Shown here: positions 36,801 through 43,178 of the stretch, piece after piece
Layout of the letters: each line of letters starts with the position of its first letter
Position numbering within the stretch: the first letter of the stretch is position 1
Assembly (NCBI GenBank): GCA_900767075.1
Contig: CAAFXX010000387.1
Coordinates: 1-43,178, forward strand
Source: Bacteroidales bacterium
GTDB taxonomy: Bacteria > Bacteroidota > Bacteroidia > Bacteroidales > Muribaculaceae
Length of the DNA stretch: 43,178 bases
Reading direction: 5' to 3'
Position numbers and translations under genes: made by a program
Notes under the pieces: model-generated
Databases searched by the model: none
What the model saw: only the letters and a program-made list of their open reading frames with translations
Told to the model about the DNA's origin: nothing

Positions 36801-38508
36801 ACTTCTCGACCTTAATTGCCGAAAGAATCCCCTTACAGCAATCACGCTCCCCGATAACTGCGCCCTTACAGGCCTTGACTGTTCATCGACACTCCTCCGC
36901 TCTTTCGACCTTTCAAAAGTACCTGCACTGACCCAGCTCGCCGTTAATTCCTGCCGTCTCGAGAGCCTCGACCTCAAACCTGTCAGGGATCTCAAGATGC
37001 TTCAGGCTGACGAAAACATGCTTAAGACCGTCGATCTTTCCGGTCTGTCCTCCCTGCAGTACCTTTATCTTTCAAAGAACCAGTTAGCCTCCCTGGACCT
37101 GAGCGACAATCTGGCCCTTAAAGAACTTGCCGTCGACTATAATAATATCGAGGCCCTTGACCTGTCGATGCTCAAATCAATCGAGGCGGCACATGTGAAT
37201 AAAAACAAGATCAAGACCATTAAGCTCGACAATCCGATGATGAAGACTCTCCTCGCGGGTTCAAACCGTCTCTCCGAGGTCGATCTTTCCAAGCTGCCTC
37301 TCGTCACTACAGCCACTGTCAATGACAACAGCCTTACATCCCTTGACCTTTCCGGAAACAGCATGATCATACAGATCTTTGCCGGCGACAACAAACTCGA
37401 GAGTCTGACCTTCGCATCCTCGATGCCCTCACTTAAACTCGTCAACGTTGCCAATAATGCCATTTCTTCCCTTGATCTCGCGGCTCTGCCCGCGGTTACA
37501 GAACTCGTGGCGTCAGGCAATAAACTTTCCGGGACACTCGATTTCTCAAACAACCCCGCGCTCTCTTTCCTTCAGGTATCCCATAATGAGATAGAGGCCT
37601 TCAAGTGGGGATCCTCGGCAGTCGTTGCCACAATCTATGCATCGTATAATAAACTCAGGACCCTCAACGTGCCCGGCACCGCCCTTTCCGTGCTTGATCT
37701 TTCAAGAAACGAGCTGGAGGCAGTCAGTCTCACACGACATGATAATCTCTTCTATCTCGTTCTTGATTTCAACAGGCTGACTTCGGTCAACCTTTCGGCA
37801 AACCAGAACCTGTGGGGCGTCTCGCTGCGCGCCAATCAGCTTGGGGCCTCCGCTATCGACCAGATATGCAATCAACTCCCCGACATAAACGACCTTGGCG
37901 TCGCAGCCGGTGAAGAGGCGTGGATGAAGTATCTTTTCCTTTCAGGAAATCCCGGTTGTGCGGATGCCGACGTGTCTCCCGCCATCTATAAGGGCTGGAC
38001 TGTAGTCATGAACGAAAGTATTCCACTCGACCGCATTCTCACCCTCAACGTTGTCGATAGTGAAGGAAAACCTGTAGAGAAAGCCAGTCTCACCCTCGTT
38101 GTCAACGGAGAAGACATGGGTATGAAACCTGTTGAGACGCAGCCCGGTGTATATGTCTACAATCCCCTCCCGGTGTTTAACGGCGTCACTTACGTCATCC
38201 GTGTCGAAAAAGATGAATTCAAGACACAGCTTGTCGATGTAAATGACATTGTGGAAGGCGACATGACCCTTACTGTCACGCTCGAAAAAGATTCAAGCGG
38301 AATTACAGATGCAGCCGGCGGTAAACTCAAGGTGACAGGTGGCATCGGATGTATTAGAATCAGCTTGCCTGAAACCGCCGACATCGTGGTTTATGACATC
38401 TTTGGACGTCCCGTCTTCTCCGGCTCTCTTCCCGCAGGAGACAATGTGCTCGACACTCTCGAACCGGGCATATATATCACACTTGGTTCCAAAGTACGTG
38501 TCTTCTGA
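33838..38508 (+). CDS. Giant internalin-like LRR T9SS surface protein (about 1556 aa)
   Basis: Basic n-region plus signal ending AVA; two N-terminal VTVGTG domains; two blocks of L..L....N.L..LDLS repeats; C-terminal beta-sandwich; CTD (VYDIFG..LEPGIYI..KVRVF). Confidence 0.88.
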   Translation: MRKKHNAAKRKRHFSRLILSLLSLIALAGLPLPAVAADKTVTVGTGTSLTTYVPIMTTWQDNWSEIIYTSDMLGEIPEGAVIKQIGFNGVPLGDIDNMQYEVYVKSTTASTAPSSRSDLSDFTCIFNGSVSVSAAEDNTPAPILMAGGNNEFTYEGGNLHVIVKTHFSELPGSSIYFSYQNKPKSVLQALSNDGWSTCREDNYQYQPVLNMEIGMPDGYVDLTKVTVGTGNSTDNASPMSLYYDKHSMSSTLYLTDQLGIPSGMDIHQISYQGWINKTAQTPCHIRVWMANTPDTEIAAQIPALEAMIPVIDTQVTLDEAQGGYNNYVEILKLRLDTPFRYNGGNLLVVVQTDNETTQDVKFTVSPDFPGQAIYGYGDSDNMSEFKFYTCKLPTTNFYYAAPQAEATPEISFVTSMEAGKNITLSLNSRDGVRVDWGGHIKDYPYGGALTLGYEISGNEIKIWPMSEDDHITYFSCRNAGITSIALDAPGLVNLRLTDNLLDSINIEKCPVLETLNLKGNKIFSFNTASATIKNLDLSRNALEKLRIAGFTALESLDVSVNSLRYPVWIEWPVAPALNYLNVGFNNLLQLDLITYRNLKTLICNNNSISELELNDVPDLEVLRAGYNGFKALDVAKCPGLKVLDIRGTSAGPIRLNALPSLEELNMQLTGISSVNLSGNTKLRHLVLSQNALTAIDLSANKAIEHLDVNRNEISTVDLSMLSKLRFIDCSSNALKTLDLASNNALDSVYCSVNSLTELPLPAGNHIQFLDFASNSIASQPDNIGAVKYLNCSDNKWTATDFTKTPEIIGIDIHSNMLGKEALNAMFTQIPDINGIVIPENDASWMGVLNYKDNPGTAEVSPEVPETKGWNCSYKANILGDASAAIVIPSDMLYTRMSFGLDTKDEVYYVDWGDGKKEEFRTENPEYSYNSIIGYAVGQIIRIYAPSATELGVSNAGYLDLDVSGMPELLRLSCSGNNLTSLDVSKNTKLLDLNCRKNPLTAITLPDNCALTGLDCSSTLLRSFDLSKVPALTQLAVNSCRLESLDLKPVRDLKMLQADENMLKTVDLSGLSSLQYLYLSKNQLASLDLSDNLALKELAVDYNNIEALDLSMLKSIEAAHVNKNKIKTIKLDNPMMKTLLAGSNRLSEVDLSKLPLVTTATVNDNSLTSLDLSGNSMIIQIFAGDNKLESLTFASSMPSLKLVNVANNAISSLDLAALPAVTELVASGNKLSGTLDFSNNPALSFLQVSHNEIEAFKWGSSAVVATIYASYNKLRTLNVPGTALSVLDLSRNELEAVSLTRHDNLFYLVLDFNRLTSVNLSANQNLWGVSLRANQLGASAIDQICNQLPDINDLGVAAGEEAWMKYLFLSGNPGCADADVSPAIYKGWTVVMNESIPLDRILTLNVVDSEGKPVEKASLTLVVNGEDMGMKPVETQPGVYVYNPLPVFNGVTYVIRVEKDEFKTQLVDVNDIVEGDMTLTVTLEKDSSGITDAAGGKLKVTGGIGCIRISLPETADIVVYDIFGRPVFSGSLPAGDNVLDTLEPGIYITLGSKVRVF

Positions 38509-38534
38509 TGACATCCTTATAAGGGAACAAGTCC

Positions 38535-38568
38535 ACAGGGGCGGCCAATGGTCCGTCCCTGTTTATTT
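38535..38568 (+). terminator. Intrinsic terminator closing cassette 2
   Basis: ACAGGGGCGG..CCGTCCCTGT stem followed by TTATTT. Confidence 0.75.
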
Positions 38569-38614
38569 ATACTTTATTTCGGGAAAAGCGAACTGATAAG
38601 ATTATCTGGACTGT

Positions 38615-38650
38615 AAAACAAAAAACGGCAACCCTTTCAAGTTGCCGTTT
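38615..38650 (-). terminator. Terminator of mrp
   Basis: AAACGGCAAC-cctttcaa-GTTGCCGTTT preceded by an A-tract on the + strand. Confidence 0.75.
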
Positions 38651-38737
38651 CATTTTTCAAGGGCACAATCATTCCGTACTTATCATGGACGGAAGAGACG
38701 CATGCCTTGTCAACCGTTATGGCGATTATGCACTTAA

Positions 38738-39817
38738 TTATTTCTTCAGGGCGTCGACAGCGGCTATAACGTTGTCGGCAAGAGTGCCGAATGCCTGCGC
38801 TTCGGGATTGGGGGATTCGGAGGCAAGTCCGAGGGCGACGGGATGACCGGCATCGGCGTCTTCCATGATTCCCTGTACAAGAGGAATCTGAGCCAGCAGC
38901 TTCACGCCGGTTTCCTCTGCAAGACGAACACCGCCTTCTTTGCCGAAGATATAATATCTCTCGTCAGGGTGATCCTCAGGTGTGAACCACGCCATGTTCT
39001 CGACAAGACCGAGGATAGGCACATTGACCTTATCATTGGTGAACATTGCAAGACCCTTGCGGGCATCGGCGAGAGCCACTTCCTGCGGTGTCGAGACTAC
39101 AACGACGCCGTCGATATCAAGTGTCTGTATAAGTGTAAGATGTATGTCGCTCGTACCGGGAGGCATATCTATCAGGAAATAATCCAGATCTCCCCACCAT
39201 GCATCTGTTATAAGTTGCTTGAGCGCGTTGCTTGCCATCATGCCTCGCCACAGCACCGGCTGGCTCTTGTCGACCATGAAGCCTATCGAAAGCATCTTCA
39301 CACCATAGCTTTCAAGGGGCTCGATCCAGTCGCGGCCTTCCTGATTGACCATGTAAAGTGATTCATCCTCAACACCGAACATCTTGGGCATCGACGGCCC
39401 GAATATATCGGCGTCAAGAAGACCGACCTTATAGCCTTTCACGGCAAGAGCCACGGCAAGATTGGCTGCCACAGTCGATTTACCGACACCCCCTTTGCCG
39501 GAACTGATTCCTATGATATGTTTCACGCCCGGCAGTACTTCCGGCTTGGGATCAGGCTCGTGACGGAATTGAACGGAAACGTTTCCCTTGACCTGAACGT
39601 CAGGCGAGATGTATGTGTTTATGGCTGTCTCAGCGGCACGGACCACCGATTTAACGAAAGGGTCGGTAGGCTTGTCGAATATCAGCGAGAAAGACACCTT
39701 GTCTCCGTCAATGCGGATATCGTCGGCGACCATTTCGTTCTCCACAAGATCCTTGCCGTTGCCGGGATACTTCACCTTACTCAACGCATCGAGTATAAGT
39801 TTGGGATATAATGTCAT
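38738..39817 (-). CDS. mrp: Mrp/NBP35 (ApbC) Fe-S cluster carrier ATPase
   Basis: SGKGGVGKST deviant Walker A, DADIFGPS, WRG, DMPPGTSD and ENM motifs; N-terminal DUF59-like region. Confidence 0.95.
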   Translation of the reverse strand: MTLYPKLILDALSKVKYPGNGKDLVENEMVADDIRIDGDKVSFSLIFDKPTDPFVKSVVRAAETAINTYISPDVQVKGNVSVQFRHEPDPKPEVLPGVKHIIGISSGKGGVGKSTVAANLAVALAVKGYKVGLLDADIFGPSMPKMFGVEDESLYMVNQEGRDWIEPLESYGVKMLSIGFMVDKSQPVLWRGMMASNALKQLITDAWWGDLDYFLIDMPPGTSDIHLTLIQTLDIDGVVVVSTPQEVALADARKGLAMFTNDKVNVPILGLVENMAWFTPEDHPDERYYIFGKEGGVRLAEETGVKLLAQIPLVQGIMEDADAGHPVALGLASESPNPEAQAFGTLADNVIAAVDALKK

Positions 39818-39922
39818 GACTTTATATGTTATTTATTCAGATACGTTTATTTATGTAACATCTTAATTTAAGGATATCAGGAACCGGAGTATAACACCTG
39901 TCCTATAATTCTGAACACCCTT

Positions 39923-41257
39923 CTATTCAATAAGTTTTTCAATCTTGACCTTTCCGGCGGACGCGGCTCTAAGTATCACGGTTCCATAACCGGCATCAAG
40001 AGGTACAAAGCATTTTTCAGCCGACGGCGCCATGTTTGCCATAATCTTTCCGTCGAGTGAGTATAAAGTGACCTCGTCAAGCAATTCCGATGAAGCCACG
40101 GTTATGCCATCGGCTTCTGCCGATACCGTGATCTTCACATTCTCGGCAAGAGAATCATCGACACCCGATGTATAAGGCGCTATCCTGAAATCCCTCCAGA
40201 CCGGGGTCGCACGCCATACCTCCTCGCAGCCCGACCTCACTATAAGTTCTATTGAGGAAACATCAAGTCCTTCAAATGAATTTTCGGAAACTTCCGGACA
40301 ATTATCACCACAGTCAAAGACATTCACTTTCCTCAAAGCCGATGCCCCGGCAAAAGACCTTTCCCCTACTTTCCGGACAGAAGCCGTAAAGCAGACATCC
40401 TCTATGCCGGATCCGGCAAATGCGCCGTCGGCTATTTCCTCGGAATCCACAGACTTCCGAAGCCTAAAAATTCCGGAAAGAGCGTAAGCAAGCGGAGAAG
40501 AAACATCACCGGAGAAAACAGTTTGAAGTGCGGATGTCCCCCAAAAGGCACCTTCTCCGACAGAACAAGAGGCGGAGACAGAAATATCCCTGATTTCCCG
40601 CGCGGAAGCAAAAGCATAATCATCGATTTCCTTCACCATGCACAGATCAAGCGACTGAACGGCAGTACCGGCGAACGCACACCTTCCAATTTTCCGTATT
40701 ACTCCGGCTGGAAGTAGGACCCGCCTCAGGGAACTGCAGCCGGCAAACGTATTATCCGGAATCTCCGCGCATCCCATGATAGACATATCCACCTTTGTCA
40801 GAGAACCGCACCCGCTGAAGATTCCTGTGCCGAGTTCCGCGACCGGAGGCATCGTGAACTCTACGAGAGGGGTTCCTGCGAAAGCGCCGTCACCGATCTT
40901 CGTGACGGAAAAAGGCAGCCTTACCTCCCGAACATTCGTACCCAAGAGCATAAAGGAAGGTATCTCTCCATCGGCAAAAACAGACTGTCCGTAATAGTTG
41001 TCAGCTCCGAGACTGTGTCCCTTTATCATTATTCCCGATAAGTCAAGGACTGTCACCGATGGAGACAGATAACGAAGACTCGTCAGATCAGCGGAGTTGA
41101 CCTCGCCGTGAAGCATGAGCATATTGTCTGAAGCATCTCCGGTACCCGCGACGCGTCCCGGCAATTCGCCCGGAGACACTGTCAACTCACGGGCTTCCGC
41201 CGTAATAGAAATCACGGCGGCTACGACAGCAATCAGTATTTCCGGGAACCGTCCCAT
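39923..41257 (-). CDS. BspA-like LRR T9SS surface protein
   Basis: Signal peptide; PGEL..G.VNSADL cap; IG..AF repeats; WRATPVWRDF cap; CTD (LYSLDG..KIEKLIE). Confidence 0.85.
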   Translation of the reverse strand: MGRFPEILIAVVAAVISITAEARELTVSPGELPGRVAGTGDASDNMLMLHGEVNSADLTSLRYLSPSVTVLDLSGIMIKGHSLGADNYYGQSVFADGEIPSFMLLGTNVREVRLPFSVTKIGDGAFAGTPLVEFTMPPVAELGTGIFSGCGSLTKVDMSIMGCAEIPDNTFAGCSSLRRVLLPAGVIRKIGRCAFAGTAVQSLDLCMVKEIDDYAFASAREIRDISVSASCSVGEGAFWGTSALQTVFSGDVSSPLAYALSGIFRLRKSVDSEEIADGAFAGSGIEDVCFTASVRKVGERSFAGASALRKVNVFDCGDNCPEVSENSFEGLDVSSIELIVRSGCEEVWRATPVWRDFRIAPYTSGVDDSLAENVKITVSAEADGITVASSELLDEVTLYSLDGKIMANMAPSAEKCFVPLDAGYGTVILRAASAGKVKIEKLIE

Positions 41258-43176
41258 CAGTTTATAACCACGACTTTCGCCGAAGCTGAATAATTTTCAG
41301 AATTATTGCCGCCTGAGGCAAGTATGTAATAGACACCGGCGCGCACACGTTTGTTGCCGGCATTCGTCACGTCCCATTTTGTCTCGCCGCCTACCGCCGG
41401 CTCAAGTTCGCGCACAAGATTGCCGGCGCTGTCGGTGACCTTCACCACCGCCCCGTCCGGCAGCCCTTCGATTGTCACGAAACCATACCATTCCGGACGC
41501 ACTGGATTAGGATATACCTTAAGGTCTTCACCCTCGACGCCGGCAGATGACAGATAGAGTTCAGCGAGCCCCGAAGCCGTCGAGATCATCATCGAATTGT
41601 TCGCCGGATTATAGCAAAGGCTATAGACTCTGTCGTCGGGCAACATCGAATTCTCTTTCGTATAGGTTTTCCGCACGTCGCTGCCTGTCGACGTAGTGCA
41701 TACAATTCCACCGCCATTAGTCGCAAACCATCTGTTACCGGCTCCGTCGGTTGCCATCGCGGTGACACTTGCGGCATTAAGCAGGTAATCGGCGAGATTG
41801 GTCCCGTCGTTGCGGGCAACCTTGATACGGTTCACCCGAGTCGGATTTTTGAGGAATTCCTGAGGGTCAAAGCGGAAGACACCGTTGTCATTGCCTATCC
41901 ATACATCTCCGGTGGAAGGGTCCTCGAATGCAAAGTATATATCCGCGATACTGACCGATTCACCATCCTGATCAATAAATGATTCACTTTTCACCACCCT
42001 GTCGTCCACAGCGTTGTCCGGTGTGCCGCCGGTATCTATAATGGCTATGGTGTATGGTTTTTCAGCTACGGTCACCACAATCAGATTCTGATTGGGCGCC
42101 TTCACGAGAGGAAGAATCCTGAATGCCGCCGTCCCTCCCAGGCCGTCCACCACAATCCTCTTCATCGGGCGGTAGGCATTTGAACTCGTTGATGCGGCGC
42201 GGTCGGCAGCGGGCCACATGCATAGTTCAATCCCTTTTCCCGCACTGTTGTTGTCGAAATTGTAAAAACCCATCCATAAATTGTTGGAAGCGTCAAAACC
42301 GCCTGGAACATAACAATTGAGCGACTCCATTTTCGACATGACAGGGTCGGTGGCTATCACCCCAGGCTGGGCGGCATAACTGTCGTTCTCTTTTGTGACG
42401 CGAATCGATTTCGACATATCGGAAAGGTCGAGCTTCTGGAAGCCATGAAGCGATGAACCGGTATAGATCACATTTCTGTCAAGAGGGTCGACAAGCACGC
42501 TGTTGGGGTTATAGACCTCGATTGCCGGGCGGGGAGTGCCGGAATAAACATTCGAAAGATGTTTCCATTCAAGGTTGTCGAGAGCGGAGAGAAGGTCGGG
42601 CACAGTATTGCCCTGCGTGCTGAACAGACGACCGTTGCCGTGGTTGCGGACGAGCATGCCGTAAGAGGGATGATACGTCAGGTCGTCGGCGATAAACGCC
42701 GCGCTGGCATTGGGGAAGAGCTTTTCGATTCTCAGGGTCCATTGGTCGCCCGACACCTGCTTCATGCTGATTCCATCCCTGCCATTGTCTATCCATATTT
42801 CCCTGCCATTCCACGACGCCGTGATTTTGCCTGCGTCATCGGAGGAGAGCCCCGTGCGCGTGACATCATGACTCTTGCCGTCAATATTCACGAGTTCATT
42901 CGAACTTATCAACTGCAGACCATCCTTGCCCAGGAATATGTCCATGATCGGAGCCGCAAGGAAATGATTATTCTGTCCGACTGCCGAGGTATCTTCGATA
43001 TACCACAAATGACAGTCCGGCAGATAACCGTTCCATATATAAAGGCGGTCACCGGCGGCACGGATCTTTCTCAACGCCGGGAGAGCCGAGAAAACCGTCA
43101 TGTCGGAAAGGGTGAATGCCTTGGGATTGCCGTATAAAAGTCCATTGTCGGTTATCAGGAACAATTTATCCCTGAA
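41257..43176 (-). CDS. porZ: T9SS component PorZ (beta-propeller), 5'-truncated by the window edge
   Basis: RIKVARNDGTNLADYLL, DGAGNRWFAT..G, ENSMLP, KVYPNPVRP..VTIEGL...WD...RVRAGVYY. The frame stays open to the window end (FRDKLFLI...). Confidence 0.88.
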   Translation of the reverse strand, partial: FRDKLFLITDNGLLYGNPKAFTLSDMTVFSALPALRKIRAAGDRLYIWNGYLPDCHLWYIEDTSAVGQNNHFLAAPIMDIFLGKDGLQLISSNELVNIDGKSHDVTRTGLSSDDAGKITASWNGREIWIDNGRDGISMKQVSGDQWTLRIEKLFPNASAAFIADDLTYHPSYGMLVRNHGNGRLFSTQGNTVPDLLSALDNLEWKHLSNVYSGTPRPAIEVYNPNSVLVDPLDRNVIYTGSSLHGFQKLDLSDMSKSIRVTKENDSYAAQPGVIATDPVMSKMESLNCYVPGGFDASNNLWMGFYNFDNNSAGKGIELCMWPAADRAASTSSNAYRPMKRIVVDGLGGTAAFRILPLVKAPNQNLIVVTVAEKPYTIAIIDTGGTPDNAVDDRVVKSESFIDQDGESVSIADIYFAFEDPSTGDVWIGNDNGVFRFDPQEFLKNPTRVNRIKVARNDGTNLADYLLNAASVTAMATDGAGNRWFATNGGGIVCTTSTGSDVRKTYTKENSMLPDDRVYSLCYNPANNSMMISTASGLAELYLSSAGVEGEDLKVYPNPVRPEWYGFVTIEGLPDGAVVKVTDSAGNLVRELEPAVGGETKWDVTNAGNKRVRAGVYYILASGGNNSENYSASAKVVVIN

Positions 43177-43178
43177 CA

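Noticed and set aside
35300..37830. LRR-coding repeats as a CRISPR array or diversity-generating retroelement
   Set aside because: The repeats are degenerate and protein-level only; no identical nucleotide repeats, adenine-specific template/variable pair, reverse transcriptase or cas genes were seen.
38692..38711. GAAGAGACGCATGCCTTGTC as a decayed GTAG-type REP
   Set aside because: It lacks an intact GTAG and a full palindrome, and it does not match the 22188 element.
22996..38737. Genomic island inserted between trmB and mrp
   Set aside because: No integrase, att repeats or tRNA; the interval includes core-type genes (GT2, pldA); I cannot verify the ancestral gene order from the sequence.
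160..43137. Many 60-230 aa ORFs overlapping the main genes (e.g. 6752-7408, 10749-11438, 24561-25166, 42559-43137)
   Set aside because: All lie largely within well-supported CDSs on other frames or strands and have no coherent protein features.

Overview
Chromosomal window from a Bacteroidales bacterium, most likely Muribaculaceae (inferred from gene content, TAnnTTTG promoters and many type IX secretion (T9SS) cargo proteins). It begins inside the envelope cluster uppS-bamA-skp-skp-murI. Next come a small TPR gene, an unknown gene, an OmpA lipoprotein, two very large secreted multidomain proteins, a xylB-xylA operon, an Omp28-like CxxC protein, a MATE pump, a 43-aa unannotated ORF, trmB, a degenerate GT2, pldA and a GH3-family acyl-amido ligase. 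Two tandem cassettes follow, each a membrane-anchored TPR-AraC sensor plus a secreted leucine-rich-repeat (LRR) protein. The window ends with mrp/apbC, a BspA-like LRR gene and a truncated porZ. I saw no rRNA, tRNA, CRISPR array or intact transposase. The best candidate for an undescribed system is the repeated sensor/LRR-cargo cassette. All calls come from reading motifs by eye; no database searches were run.
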